A stretch of 63,570 nucleotides of DNA, counting the filler, from Thraustochytrium aureum (lineage: Eukaryota): NCBI GenBank assembly GCA_012862495.1. It is 6 parts of 3 records of this genome, joined end to end, with 100 filler letters (N's around TTAATTAATTAA, not from the genome) between each part and the next. Parts side by side here need not be neighbours in the genome. Positions count along the whole stretch, not along the records: positions 1 to 13,389 come from BLSG01000097.1; 5 more parts are not named here. One strand, written 5' to 3'. The position numbers were made by a program, and so were the translations under genes. This document shows, in pieces, positions 1 through 13,489 of the stretch (within the stretch, counting starts at the first letter, position 1; every line of letters begins with the position of its first letter). The notes under the pieces were generated by a model. The model ran no database searches and was not told the DNA's origin. It was given only the letters and a program-made list of their open reading frames with translations.

Positions 1-614
1 GCGGATACGACCAGCACAGCCATCATGATCGCAAACAAGAGGTTCTCTTGGACGAGGTCCCGGTCGGCCAAGCCGGGTCTGGCGGGGCTGGAGTGGATGT
101 CCCCGAATTTGCGCCGCAGGAGCAGCTGCACGAGTGCGGGAGCTGCGGGCGCAAGTTCAACGCCATGTCCCTCGAAAAGCACGCGAAAAACTGCCGCAAG
201 GTGTTTCAAACCAAGCGCAAGAAGTTTGACACTGCCAAGGCGCGGCTCAAGGACGCGCTGCAAAACCCGGACGACGCTCGCGTGGTGGTCTCCGCGCTGC
301 GTGGCAACTCGAAGAACGACAAGCCAAAATCGGAAAAATCGGACAAGTGGAAGAAGCAATCGCAGGCTTTGCGGGAGGCGATGAAGTACAGCCGCGTGAT
401 GGCCCAGGCAAAGAAGGAGGGCAGGAGTTTGGCCTCCTTGCCTCCGCCGCCAGAGGACACCACGCACGAGCTCATCCCGTGCCCGAGCTGCGGGCGCACC
501 TTTAACGACAAGGCAGCAGAGCGGCACATCAAGTCATGCAAGCAGCAAAAGGCCAAGCCCACGCGGCTGATCCGCGGCACGGGCCGCAACGCCAGCTCGC
601 GCCGCAACAAGTAA
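1..614 (+). CDS. C2HC-type zinc finger protein (ZC2HC1/FAM164-like), 5'-truncated
   Basis: Two CxxC-x-F-x7-H-x3-C fingers (CGSCGRKFNAMSLEKHAKNC; CPSCGRTFNDKAAERHIKSC) separated by a KWKKQS..LREAM helix and a PPPP linker. The frame is open back to the window start; stop TAA at 612-614. Confidence 0.8.
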   Translation, partial: GYDQHSHHDRKQEVLLDEVPVGQAGSGGAGVDVPEFAPQEQLHECGSCGRKFNAMSLEKHAKNCRKVFQTKRKKFDTAKARLKDALQNPDDARVVVSALRGNSKNDKPKSEKSDKWKKQSQALREAMKYSRVMAQAKKEGRSLASLPPPPEDTTHELIPCPSCGRTFNDKAAERHIKSCKQQKAKPTRLIRGTGRNASSRRNK

Positions 615-1799
615 AACCCAAACCCCACTCCCCAAACGCCTGCCCCGAGACCTGCTTGCCCTACTCCTTGCACTTGCTCTTGACCGCGCTGCCCGAACCA
701 GCCTCCTTAGCGCAGCAAGCCAGCGAACTGCTCCCGCGACATCGTCGAGCCGGACCGAACTTCATCTCGAGCCCCTGCATGGTGCTCGAGCACGCAGACC
801 TACTCTACGGTTAGGGCCAGTTCAATCAAGAGCATCACAGGTCGGCCGGCATCACAGCGAGCGGCCCCGCTCCCGCGCCATCGCCAAGCCGGACAACCGC
901 CATCCCGCCACGCCCGCGCTCGACGCCCACCGCGAGCAACTCAAGCAAGACGAGCAAGTACCGGTAAGCAACTGATCGTACGTTTGCAAGCACATCGCAG
1001 GCCATCGGGCAGCGCGCCGGCGCGGTCCTTGCATGCTCGAGCCCATCCGGCGCATGCATGCAGTTGAGAGCGTACGTTCTCCGGCCAAGTCCTTGCGTGC
1101 CCGCAAGTGCTCGTGAGTACTGCAGATATAAGTCCTCGAACCAGAGCAAGTACTCTGCGCAAACCGGCATGAACGCAAGCAATCGCCGGCCATCGGGCAG
1201 CGAGCGGCCGCGCCATCGGCGAGCCGGACCAAACGGCAGGCATCCATCTCGAGCACCACCTCCTACCTACTCATCAACAGACCCAATCAATCACAATCAC
1301 GCCACCCGACTCCAGGGAGCTCCAGCCGCGCGCGCGCCCCGGAGCTCCNNNNNNNNNNNNNNNNNNNNNNNNNNNNNNNNNNNNNNNNNNNNNNNNNNNN
1401 NNNNNNNNNNNNNNNNNNNNNNNNNNNNNNNNNNNNNNNNNNNNNNNNNNNNNNNNNNNNNNNNNNNNNNNNNNNNNNNNNNNNNNNNNNNNNNNNNNNN
1501 NNNNNNNNNNNNNNNNNNNNNNNNNNNNNNNNNNNNNNNNNNNNNNNNNNNNNNNNNNNNNNNNNNNNNNNNNNNNNNNNNNNNNNNNNNNNNNNNNNNN
1601 NNNNNNNNNNNNNNNNNNNNNNNNNNNNNNNNNNNNNNNNNNNNNNNNNNNNNNNNNNNNNNNNNNNNNNNNNNNNNNNNNNNNNNNNNNNNNNNNNNNN
1701 NNNNNNNNNNNNNNNNNNNNNNNNNNNNNNNNNNNNNNNNNNNNNNNNNNNNNNNNNNNNNNNNNNNNNNNNNNNNNNNNNNNNNNNNNNNNNNNNNNN

Positions 1800-3881
1800 T
1801 GGCGTCGCGACAGGCTGATATTCGCGCTCGCCCAGACGCTTTCGACTACGTTCGCACTGACCGCGTTCGCTGAAACGCTTGTGGATTCGTTTCTCTGCGA
1901 CGGTCGCACCCCCGAAGCCTGTTCCATGTACCACATCGAGCATCAGTGGTTGTCCGTGGGCATCGCCAGCCTGAGCTTGCTTGTTCTGGCCGCCTCGATC
2001 TCAGTTGGCGCCCAAGTCATGGGCAAAGTGGGCAACCTGATTACTGGGGTGATGATGGCAAGCATCGCCCTCGGTGCGGGCAGCATGCTCGCTTCAAACG
2101 GCCAGGCCAACGTATCGATTGAGAATCTGCGCCAAAACGCCTGGCTCAACTTCTCCGAGGGCCGCGCTGGTGCGCCGAGTGCCCCGGATGGACCGCAGTC
2201 GTTCCTGAGCGTGTTTGTAATCCTTTTCCCGGCGATGACCGGCATCACGTCGGGATCCACGCATTCGGGCAAACTGAAGGACCCGGGGCGATCGATTGGG
2301 CGAGGCACGTTTGCGGCGATCGCGTTTACGACGGGGCTTTACGCCGTTCTGGTTGTTCTTTTCGCCCTGTGCTTCGACCGCGAGACGCTGCAGCGCGACA
2401 AGGCGATCTTCCGGCGATCGTGCGTCTCGCCCTGGTTTATCGTTGTGGGCGTCCTCGGCTGCACCTTGTCGACGGCTCTCGGCAACCTTGACGGAGCCGC
2501 GCGGCTGCTTCAAGCGTTGGCGCGAGACGACCTTCTCGCTGTGTTTCGGCCGCTGGCGCAGGGCGCGGTGCGCGACGACGCGCCACAGGTGGCGCTTGCG
2601 TTTTGTTGGGCGCTCGCGCAGGTCGCTCTGCTGTATGGCAAGCTAGACTCGATCGCGGCGCTCGTCTCGGACGCCTTCTTGCTCGTATACCTGTTTTTGA
2701 ACGTGGCCTGCTTTGCGCTGCGGGTGTCTGGGGCGCCAAACTTTCGGCCGAGATTCGCGTACTTTTCGTGGAAGTCCGCGCTGGCGGGCGCCGTGGCGTC
2801 GCTCGTTGTCATGTTCGTGACGAGCCCGTTCCAGGGCCTGGTGGCGCTGAGCCTGACGAGCGCGTTTGCTTACTATGTGCACGTCACGGCACCGGCGGTG
2901 CCATGGGGCGACGTGAGCCAAGCCCTCATCTATCACCAAGTGCGAAAGTACCTGCTCCGCCTCGACACGCGGCGGAGCCACCCCAAGTTTTGGCGGCCCT
3001 CCATCCTGTTTTTGCCCGAGCACGAACCGGGCCAGCTCGCGCTGCTCGACTTTTGCAACAACCTTAAAAAGGGCGGGCTCTACGTTGTCGGCGGAGTCCT
3101 TGTGGCTCCCCGGTGCAGCCTCGACGGGGGCGTGCTGCGGTCCATGCCCGACTTGGCGCTCACTGGTGAGCGGCTCAAGCAACTGTGGATCGACCTGTTT
3201 GGACAGATCAGCGCCAAGGGGTTTTATCAAGTCATGATCTCCAGCTCACTGGCGGAGGGTTCTCGCTCCCTGCTCATGTCTGCTGGCCTTGGCGGTCTGC
3301 GTCCGAATACGGTCTGCGTGCAGCTTCTTCGAGCGAAGGACGCCGAAGTTGACGCTCGCTCGCTTGGCGCACCGAGACCCGGGTTTATGAGCCATGCAAG
3401 CCCTCCTGGGCTGGCCAGCGTGCCCTCAGGAAGCGAGGTTGGATTTCACAGCGGGCTGCGATGTGCGCAGGAGGCGTATCTGAGCTTTGGGACGGCCAAG
3501 TCTGCCGAGCTGCTGGGCGAGGTCCAGACGCTGATGGCCATGCACCGTGACGCATCACGGTCCTTGGCCGAGAGGCAGGTCGAGTTTTGCGAAATGGTTG
3601 CGGACGTTCTCGTACTGCAAAAAAACCTCCTGGTGGCTCATCACTTTGAGAGGCTTGACAAGGAGGCCATCAAGGCGTGTCGCGTGGAGCGGCGGCGCAT
3701 CACCAAGTCAGGAAAGCGGCGACCGTTCTTCAAGTCCCCCTCAAGGTTTCGCTTCCGGTACAGGGCGCAGACAATCGGCGATGGCGACGGCAGTAGTGTC
3801 TCGGATTGTTCGGGCCTCGAGAGCGGGCTGGAGAGCGGGCTGGAAAGCGACTCGGAGGGCATCCGCGCCGAATCCACAATG

Positions 3882-3916
<35 letters not shown>

Positions 3917-4621
3917 CGATGGGAGGCGGACAAGCGGGGTCGTCGGCGCACAAGTTTCGCATCCAGACGCTACTAAGGAGTTGCGCCGGTTCACCACGAT
4001 CGACCTGTGGAGCACGGACGAGCGGGACAGGGCTGACCCCTCTGGCACGCTGGCGCTGGAGATGCAGCTGGCGCACGGCCTGCACCGCACCGACATTTGG
4101 GAGGAGCACACCAAGCTGCGCGTCATCGCAGCATGCCAATCGGTCACGGGGGCGCGCGGCTCGGTGCAAGCCCGCGAGTCGGCGGACAAGGCCTACGTGA
4201 CCTTGCGCCAGCTCCTTCGCGCCATCCGCGTGGAAGCAGAGATCATCGTTCTGCCGGCCGTCGGCGCCGCTCTCTTCGAGCAATATGAGGACGTGGCCGA
4301 CGATGACGGCTTGCGAGGAGGAGAGACCAGCAGCGAGTGTGGCAGGGGCAGTGCTGCAGCGCGCCGCCGCGACCCCCGCACAGAGCCGCTCACGCAGCTC
4401 GAACACTGCGCGGAGCTGAATGCGATGGTGCTCAAGCACAGCTCGGAGCAAGCCTGCGTCGATTTTTGCCATTGCCGCGGCCACTGAGGCACAGCCAGAT
4501 CACGCCCGAAGCAGCTGCCAACTACCTGCACAACCTGGACGTGCTTGTACAGGGCTTGCCGCCAGTTATTATGGTCTCGCCTGGGCTGAACATATCGCCG
4601 ATCGTGACCACAGAGCTGTAG
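1800..4621 (+). CDS. SLC12 cation-chloride cotransporter (SLC12A9/CIP1-like); 5' end in gap, one frameshift near 4465
   Basis: Motifs LFPAMTGITSGSTHSGKLKDPGRSIGRGT, SGAPNFRPRF, WGDVSQALIYHQVRKYLLRLD, KFWRPSIL and GLGGLRPNT. The family C-terminus (FLPLPRP...YLHNLDVL...PIVTTEL*) lies in the 4337..4621 frame and is restored by adding one T to a T-run. Confidence 0.9.
3882..3914 (+). repeat. (CAG/CAA)n microsatellite encoding polyQ in the SLC12 gene
   Basis: Run of 11 Gln codons seen directly. Confidence 0.9.
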
Positions 4622-4910
4622 CCTTGTTTCTCGCTTGCGGAAACGGTTGGGGAGCGGCACTCCTGTTGGTATGGAAGGATTCGACGGCGAAGGAGTGCAA
4701 ATTGTTGTTGTTATCTATCTGATCAGCCGGTTCGTCCTCGTTCAAGTGCCCGCGTTTCTCGTGCGCGATTCCGACGGCCTCCACGCCACGGTAGTCTGTC
4801 TCCCTTCACTTTTCTGACGAAGAGCACGGGCTGAGACCAGCCCGTTCGTCGAGCTAGCTTCAAGGGCACGGGTCCTTGTCGAATCGGAATCGCGACGTCG
4901 CGGAGCAGAC

Positions 4911-7900
4911 TCAGATATGGTCTACCGTCTCCTCGAGCAAGACGCGCCGGATCTCCGGCGTGTTGATCACGCTCACAGGCAGCACGACGAGGAGGAACTG
5001 CACGTCTTGCGTGCTCTGGTTCATCGCCTTGAAGCTCCTGTACACTAAAAGTGCGGTGCCGAATAGTATGGCTAAGAAGCAAGAAAGAACGATGTGCGAC
5101 CACAGCAGCTGCAAATCGAAAAGAGTGTGGAGATCGCTGAGAGAAATGGTCATGGCCTCCGCAAGGCCTTCCGCAACGACGCGAGATTCGCGATACGCGG
5201 AGACCAGCGCAGCGAGGTCAAAGTTGTCAGCTCTCTCCCGTTCCTCCAGAAGCGTTTTGTTTTCGAAAAGCGCAACCTTTTGCGCCACCCCGTTTCGCAA
5301 ACTTTCCATGTAGCGTTCGATTCCAAGCTGAAGGCCATTCTGCATCGCTCTGCTTTCTGCCAAATCCGGATAGGCTTTGCACGTGTCAACGCAGGCGTCC
5401 TCAAACAGGAGCTTGAAGAGCGCAGGGCTATTGGACTTTTCATTCAAGGGATCAACCCCAAGGGTTGCATCTCCAAACGTAAGGACATGATGCGTGTCTG
5501 CGAACCGCTTGGTGACCTGTCTCGACCACTCGATCTTTTTGTCGACATTGCCGCTCCAGACGCTCCAGGTCGGTATTTTTACGATTTCGTCCTTCAAGTA
5601 GAAGAACGCGTTGTGCCCCACTGTGCGCCGACGCCCACCGTAAAACACCCTCTTTCCGAGCTGCACGCGGCTCTGCAGCGAGGCGGCCTCCAGAAACATG
5701 ACCAGCCCGGCGTATTGGATCGTCACGAGAAACGGCAGCGACTGGCGGAGAACCACAAGCGCCAAGCTCATGATTTGCACGATCCCCTTGCGAGAGCAAA
5801 GGCGAGTGCGTTTGGCTTTTTTCTTCGAGCCGAGCTGCTTTGCCCTTGTTTCTTCTGGGCTCACTTTGTGGTTGCGTGAAGCCTTGACCACTTTTGTCGC
5901 ATTGGCTTTCCGCTTTGCTTCAGCAGCCTTTTGCGCGGTGTCTGCCACAGCGGGATTCGCTTCTTCCCGCGTCGTCGCCACTTGCGCACCATTCCCGCTT
6001 GTGTCGGTCACATTAGCCCGCTCGTTCTTTTCAGGGCGTGCGGCTTCGTCGAAATCCTCGCCGTCAAACTCGGCGCGTAGGCNNNNNNNNNNNNNNNNNN
6101 NNNNNNNNNNNNNNNNNNNNNNNNNNNNNNNNNNNNNNNNNNNNNNNNNNNNNNNNNNNNNNNNNNNNNNNNNNNNNNNNNNNNNNNNNNNNNNNNNNNN
6201 NNNNNNNNNNNNNNNNNNNNNNNNNNNNNNNNNNNNNNGCTCCCTCACATTCTGAAGACGTGTTTGCGCTGCTGCCCCCATTTGGTGCGCCGTGCTGCGA
6301 GGAATAGAGCGCAGTGCAGACGAGCTCTGCGCGTGCCTGCGCCTCGACTCTCGAATCGCGGGCACAGTGAAAAAAGCCGTGCAGACGAGAGAAATCGAGA
6401 CGATGGAGAGAAATGCAGCCAAGTCGAACTGCTTGATCCACTCGAGGTTGTGCAGCGCGTCCTCCAGATACATTTCAGAGGCATACTTGCATGAATGGAC
6501 AAGGTCGTTCGGTCCATTGTTGATGACAAACTGGCACGCAGAGCCGCAGGCATCAGTCCCGGGAATGTGGCGACCTTCAGCGGTTGCCTGCAAAAACCCA
6601 CGAGCATTGGCCACCACGTTGTGCACGGCGACCCAGAGACTCAGGTTTTGGTATGTCTGCGGGTCGCTGTAGTCCGTGATCGTGAGGATGGAGGGCACCG
6701 TGTTCAGGATCTTTACCGGCTCGTATTCGCTCTCCGCGGCCTCTGTGATGTGAACGTGCAGGTCTTGCAACTTGTCCACGGTTTCCCCGAGTTGGGTTCG
6801 GAGAGCCTTGATTTGCTCGTCGTTGATGCTCTGGTCAGCCGCTTGCCTCAGGACGTTGACGTGAAAGGCAACGTCGATGAGAAGATGGCACCGGCTCATG
6901 GACTTTTGCACGAGGTCGATCGAGTTAATTCCAACGCGGTTTGCTCCATGCCGGTTCACCGTCTCGAGGACAGCAAACGCAAGGCAAATCACCGTACAGA
7001 GAAACGTCAGGCGCCGGTACTTGCGCAAGGTTTTCGCGTTCCGCGCCATCCCACGCTGGACCCGCTCAAACACGCTTTTGTTGCGGTCGCGAGCTGTCGA
7101 TATGACGGAGCGCGTGTCGCTTTCGGACACTCCCTCTCCAATAGAGTTGGTCATCTGCGGCGTCGCTGGGTCGAGGTCTAAATCTGGTGGAAGCGTTGAA
7201 AACGGAGTATACGGCAGCCAGGCGTGTTGCGCGTGGAGGACTGCTTCGAAGAGGACTCATGGACAGCTGTGTCTCGGATACTCCGTCGAAAGCTGGTTTC
7301 TTGCGGCAGCAGCAGCATGGGCGGAGGAAGTAGCGGGACACTCTCGCTGTTTGAGCGCTGTCGCATTTCAGGACGCACCATTTGCACGTTCGATCCAATC
7401 GCGAAACTACTCGAGCCACGTCGAGAAAGATCTGTCTGCAAAAGCGGTGTTTCGCGCCCTGATACCGTCTCAAACGGTTGGTCGTCGTCTTCGAGCGATG
7501 CCATCGTAGGTTCTGTGCGAAACTTCAAGAGGACCATGTGCACTCCTTCTGGTCTTTTGTCGCTCACAATGTTGTACGAAAGCAAACTTGACTCGGCGTA
7601 GTAACTTGCGCCGTTCAAAGGCACAACCCGTTTGCACGATTGGGTCAGCAGTGCTCTGAGCTCGTCGCTGAGAAGGTTTTCTTCGGGCAGAACGTCGGCG
7701 AGCTTCACCGACTTGAATCCGTGCAGTCTGTCGAAGGGCACGCCGAGGACGACTTCCCAGCCACGCTTTGAGGCAAACGCGACGACGCCGCCCTCCGTGA
7801 CCATCACGAGCTCCTCGCCCGGCACGTTATTGGGTTCGAAGGTCCCGGTGAAAACGAGCTCGCCAGATTCGTGGTCGATGCTCGGTCTGACTTCTAGTTT

Positions 7901-9910
7901 GAGCGGTAGAGCGAAGCCGTCCGAGTGCATGCCCCACACGTCGACTTTGCGTGTCACGAAAGTGGTGTTGTTCTCCAGGTACCGTTGTAGGAACATATCG
8001 TGTATCTCGGCGAATGGAGGTGGGCAGAGCGAGCTCACATTTTTCCCTATGAATTCCTCACGTGAAAGGCCGAACAGGCGGCACATCCCGATGGATACGT
8101 CCAGCATTTGGCCAAGCGTAGATTCTGCTCCGCTGATTGTCACCGTTGCGCTGTTGAGCTTGTGCTTCTCGCGGCCCTCAAAGTCATCGTTGGCTTCTCC
8201 GCACATCTCGAGCATGTCGGCGTGCTCTTCGAGCTGGCGCGCGGCGCTCTGGTCGTTGAGCACGTTCTCAAGAAAGGTGGCGTAGAGCCGAAAGACAGAC
8301 GGCGAGTCCTTGGTGAGTCGGAGCAGCTCCTCCAGGTGCATGTTGGCCCGCTGGGAGGCTTTCCGCAGCTTGAAGCCGCAAGTCAAAAGCGCGCTCGTGC
8401 TGCGCTTGTGGTTGATGCTTTGCCAGATCTGGGCGACCTGCTCCATGGCGTCCAAGATTCGGCGCTGCGCTTGGGCAAAGTGATGGTCAAACGCCATGAA
8501 GTTCATCGCGTTGCCGTCCACGCCGGTGCTCCGAGACTCTTGGTCGAGGCTGTGCTTGAAGAGGAAGAAGCGGTCGTCGATGAAGCCGCCGTACTGGGTC
8601 AGGAGGCTCTTGGCCCGCGTCATGTATTGCTGATTCAGAAGGAGGTTGTCGCCGCATTCCCGGAGAAGCGTGGCTACGTGAATGGTCAGGAAAGGTGACG
8701 TCGGGAACTGCCTGTCAACCAGTTCGCGGTACTTTGGTTGGGCAAGGGCCCACGTGGCGGTGTTTGATAGGTCAAAGTAGACCCGGATGGCGAGCTCGGC
8801 GATCATGGGCGACTCGATGTCGGCCTTGACCCGAACAAGGTGGCGCAATCGATCTATCCGCCGACTCACCAACGAGTCGGCTGTGAACCAACACAGCGGG
8901 AGCGACAGCGCAAACGCGATGAAGGCACCGCCGACCGAGCTTGTCGAGCCGTCAGCCTCGGTAACTGCTGTCTGAAGCAGCGCGACCTCCACCACAAGGC
9001 ACACGCTCGAGACGAAAAACGCCAGAGACGTGAAGACGACCAGCTTGTTCATGTCCATGTTGTAGTACGGGAGAAAGTAAGCGGAGCTGGCCAACATGAA
9101 AAACGCGGAGATCACGAGGACAGCCGTGAGGAAGACCTTGTTGTCCGGACCGCTGAACGAAAACGCGATGGACAAGATGGCTCGCAGGATGAGACTCAGG
9201 CAATCTGCTCGACCGTGGACCTTGGCGATCGGGTTGTGCGAGGTCGGGGACCGCTCGAAGATGACGAGCACCGTGATGGAGGTGAAGGACACAAAAAGGG
9301 TGAAAAGAACCATAACCGCGACGGTCATCGCTGTGTGGGCTGGGGAGTCGCACGCGAAGATGACTTCGAGCGCTGAACACTTGTGCATTTCGAGCAGGAC
9401 CTCGAGAATGGGAACGTACAGCACGGACGTCATGAGCCGGAGCATGATGCGCATGGGCTGCAGCATCCACAGCGTCGTGACGCCGCTGCTGGAGAACGAG
9501 TATGCGATCCAGAAAACAGACGAAAACGACACGACCAGAACGACGACCGCGAGCGCGAAAGAGACGATTGTAATGCTTTCGATGCCCGTTTCAACAATTG
9601 ATAAACTTGTCACCTTTAACGCCGGGTGGAGTTTGTTTGCGACCCACGCTGACCACGGGAAGCCTTTGCTCGCGTCGAAGGTGAAGGTGAGCAGCTGGAT
9701 GAGGTTTACCAAGTTGAACACGTATGTGAGCATCCAGCTCGCCTTGGCTTGTCGTTGCAGAATGAGTGACAGCACGCCGAAAAGCCCGAACCGGATGCGG
9801 CCGAGCGTCGACCCGCGCTTGCGGACGTCTGACATTTCCCCGCCAAAGTCGGTGGCTTGCAGCATGCCGAGGGCATTGTTGAGCTGATTTCTCGGGTATC
9901 CCGACGTCAT
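4911..9910 (-). CDS. Large PAS-domain multi-pass membrane protein (TmcB/TmcC 'tiny macrocysts'-like); frameshift near 7200-7320, internal gap
   Basis: N-terminal TM bundle (PIAKVHGRAD, YFLPYYN), helical region (SPSVFRLYATFLENVLND), PAS domain (IGMCRLFGLSREEFIGKNVSSLCPPPFAEIHDMFLQRY). ORF 4911..7154 supplies the C-terminal TM/coiled part ending FLLVVLPVSVI...IRRVL. Confidence 0.75.
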
Positions 9911-11439
9911 GTCTTCGGTGGGCGCCAGACCGAACCGATCGAGTCTGCTCGGTTCTATCAGCCGTCCGTGGCTTGCCTCGGATCCTGTTGGGGGTTAAAA
10001 AAAAATCGTTTGCGTCTTGTGCGCGTGCGGCCTTGGTCGTCGTGCAATCGAAAGCGGGTCTGCTGCGCCAGGGCAAGACGGACGGTCCTAATGCGCTGAT
10101 GGTTGTTGCAGATCGGTGTGAGGGGCAAGCTCTCCACGTGCTCGTCACACGGCTCGGCTCCTGCAATCGTGTCCAAAATTTGCAGACAAAAAGCGACGAG
10201 AAGCTGGGCAACACTTCGGTGCTTTTCTGCCTCCGTTGTGCGGCACCCAACGACAATATCTCCTTTCCCCACTGTGAAATTGCCGCTCGCCCCTGCTTGC
10301 CCTGCAGAAAGGCGAGCTGTGTTTGGCTGAAGGTGACCTGGACAACATGCCGATGTCCGGTGGGAAACTGTCATCCTACTCATCATAGCTGCACGTTTTG
10401 GACATTTGGCCATTGGCTTGGTGTCTCCAGTTCGGCGCGAGCTTCGCTGTCTTGCGCTCCTCCCCTACGCACACGAACACACGAGCGAGAAAGACCTCGG
10501 CGAGCCGTCNNNNNNNNNNNNNNNNNNNNNNNNNNNNNNNNNNNNNNNNNNNNNNNNNNNNNNNNNNNNNNNNNNNNNNNNNNNNNNNNNNNNNNNNNNN
10601 NNNNNNNNNNNNNNNNNNNNNNNNNNNNNNNNNNNNNNNNNNNNNNNNNNNNNNNNNNNNNNNNNNNNNNNNNNNNNNNNNNNNNNNNNNNNNNNNNNNN
10701 NNNNNNNNNNNNNNNNNNNNNNNNNNNNNNNNNNNNNNNNNNNNNNNNNNNNNNNNNNNNNNNNNNNNNNNNNNNNNNNNNNNNNNNNNNNNNNNNNNNN
10801 NNNNNNNNNNNNNNNNNNNNNNNNNNNNNNNNNNNNNNNNNNNNNNNNNNNNNNNNNNNNNNNNNNNNNNNNNNNNNNNNNNNNNNNNNNNNNNNNNNNN
10901 NNNNNNNNNNNNNNNNNNNNNNNNNNNNNNNNNNNNNNNNNNNNNNNNNNNNNNNNNNNNNNNNNNNNNNNNNNNNNNNNNNNNNNNNNNNNNNNNNNNN
11001 NNNNNNNNNNNNNNNNNNNNNNNNNNNNNNNNNNNNNNNNNNNNNNNNNNNNNNNNNNNNNNNNNNNNNNNNNNNNNNNNNNNNNNNNNNNNNNNNNNNN
11101 NNNNNNNNNNNNNNNNNNNNNNNNNNNNNNNNNNNNNNNNNNNNNNNNNNNNNNNNNNNNNNNNNNNNNNNNNNNNNNNNNNNNNNNNNNNNNNNNNNNN
11201 NNNNNNNNNNNNNNNNNNNNNNNNNNNNNNNNNNNNNNNNNNNNNNNNNNNNNNNNNNNNNNNNNNNNNNNNNNNNNNNNNNNNNNNNNNNNNNNNNNNN
11301 NNNNNNNNNNNNNNNNNNNNNNNNNNNNNNNNNNNNNNNNNNNNNNNNNNNNNNNNNNNNNNNNNNNNNNNNNNNNNNNNNNNNNNNNNNNNNNNNNNNN
11401 NNNNNNNNNNNNNNNNNNNNNNNNNNNNNNNNNNNNNNC

Positions 11440-11552
11440 AATTTGTCGCTGTACATCCACGCAGCTCCGATCGGAACAGCCGCGAAGACGACCGTCAAGA
11501 GCTGAAGCGCGATGGCCAGCTTGACCGCACTCGACGTGGCGTCCTCGCCCAT
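11440..11552 (-). CDS. N-terminus of an unknown membrane/secreted protein running into a gap
   Basis: ATG at 11552, MGEDATSS followed by a hydrophobic helix (LAIALQLLTVVFAAVPIGAAW). Confidence 0.35.
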
Positions 11553-12097
11553 GGTGCCCGCCCGGCCTTGGTAGGTACGTACTCCTTGCGCGTGCTCCGG
11601 TTTGGTACAGCTTGCTGCTCTGTCGCCACTTTCGGCTGTTGCTCGCTCGTCGTCGATCGGTGTCTGTCTCTTCCCGATGAGGATGACATAGTAGGTGAGT
11701 AGTGTCCCGCCAGAGTTGCCTGCACGTCGTCACCGTGTCGTCGCTCTTTCATGTGAATTCGGCTTGCTTCACATCGAGCTGGCATGGTCTTGAGGACCCA
11801 GGTGCCTGCGCAGCACAAGTGGACTTTGTCCACCATCATGCTGCCAGTGGCAAGGCGTGCTGGCAAGGACCCGGAGGCTGGGGTTGGCCTGAGCGCTGAA
11901 ACGTCACCGTGATTCCCTGTTGTTGAAACGTTCCCTGTTGTGTCGCCTGTTGTGTCGGTGGGCGAAGTGGTGACGCTTGCTTGCAGCCTTGGATCTCGCT
12001 TGCGAATCTTCTGCTGGTGCTGATGCGCCGCTGAAATGACTCGACACGGGAGTTGGTCCGACCAGAACAGCAATCAGTGTGTAACTTCGTTTGTTCT

Positions 12098-12613
12098 TTA
12101 TTGGATCAAATAGCGACGGCGGAATGCGAACGCTGCGCGCCCCACGTAGATGCCCGCCACGACCCACACGCCAGCCGCTACGGCACAATAAACCACAAAG
12201 CCGAGCCCCTTGCCAAGGGACTCGCCCAGCACCGCTCCGCCAATGTAGGCCAGACTGATGAACGAGTGCGCGAGGACGACAAGGACCGCGTGAGCTGTCA
12301 ACAAGCCGTTCGGTGGTCTGTCGGCGCGGAGCGCGAGGAGGCCAGTAATCCCAACGCCGACCGCGAAGAGGAAGACGATCACGCCGCTGTCGAACCCTAT
12401 CTCGGTTACAACAGAGTTGTACAGCGCCCAGACCCAGAAAATCGCACCGACCACAATTTCCACGACCGAGTAGGCGGCGATGAACCTCCTATCAACGTGT
12501 ACGATCTCGCCGTTCTGATACGCGCCGGACCCCGCTCCCGACGCTCTGCCGGCCGTGGCGCTCATCTCGTCTGCGCGCACCTCGCTTCTCGCGACAGCTC
12601 TGTAGTCGCGCAT
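12098..12613 (-). CDS. Small ~4-TM hypothetical membrane protein
   Basis: Four hydrophobic segments and host-like codon style; may extend upstream through a frameshift near 12615. Confidence 0.55.
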   Translation of the reverse strand: MRDYRAVARSEVRADEMSATAGRASGAGSGAYQNGEIVHVDRRFIAAYSVVEIVVGAIFWVWALYNSVVTEIGFDSGVIVFLFAVGVGITGLLALRADRPPNGLLTAHAVLVVLAHSFISLAYIGGAVLGESLGKGLGFVVYCAVAAGVWVVAGIYVGRAAFAFRRRYLIQ

Positions 12614-13389
12614 GCAGACCTTCAGTCAGTCGAGCAACCACAGCGTCGGCGTCTGCAGGGTCGGGCTCCGCAGGGTCGAGCCCCGCACGACCAACGAGCA
12701 GCTCCAAGCCTGTGTAGTCGGCCCTGCGAGTGAAAAGTGCCTTGCCCAGGTACTCGCTCGCCTGCCCTCGCTCGCTGCACACACGGAGCAGGGCCGACCA
12801 ACACCTGCGCTGCAAACAGCGCCCAGCGCGCGCGCCGACCCCACCTGCCACCCAAGTACGCAAGCCTTCCCGGGAGGCCCTCGAGCTCGAGCGCGTTGGC
12901 GGGCGGGCGGGCGGGTGGGCGCCTGTCCTGTGGGCTCGCAAAGTACTCAGCTGGATGATGCACATCTCCAAGTGCTCTGCGACCGTCCTTTCACCGCCCT
13001 GCGTCGCGCTTTTCCTCCTGTGTCGGCTCCCATTGCATTGCATGCACAATTGAACGAACGGCATCGGAAGACACTGCTGCGCTGGGCGAGCCTCGGCCGG
13101 GCGCCATCAGGCGGTTGCATCGCTTCGTTTCCCGGCCTTGACCAGCCCAAGCCAGCCTGCCTGACGTTGGCCGCGTTCGCTGCAAGTGCAACACGAAGGT
13201 GTGAAAGACTGGACCATTCCGCGACCGCTGCAGCACACCCCAGCACGAGTACCACCTCATACATACGCCAGCCTGCTCGTGGGGCGGCTGGGCAATAGCA
13301 CGACACACCTGTCCATCGTTCCGCCCACGCCTGCACGCGGTGCGCACCGCCTGCCGCGAGCCAGCGACGCATCCAAGGACCACGCGCGC

Positions 13390-13489
13390 NNNNNNNNNNN
13401 NNNNNNNNNNNNNNNNNNNNNNNNNNNNNNNNNTTAATTAATTAANNNNNNNNNNNNNNNNNNNNNNNNNNNNNNNNNNNNNNNNNNNN
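13390..13489. other. Artificial scaffold linker
   Basis: N44-TTAATTAATTAA-N44, which puts stops in all six frames. Confidence 0.97.

Noticed and set aside
4911..9910. PAS protein as a novel sensor kinase or cyclase
   Set aside because: No kinase or cyclase domain is present; the architecture matches the widespread protist TmcB-like family.
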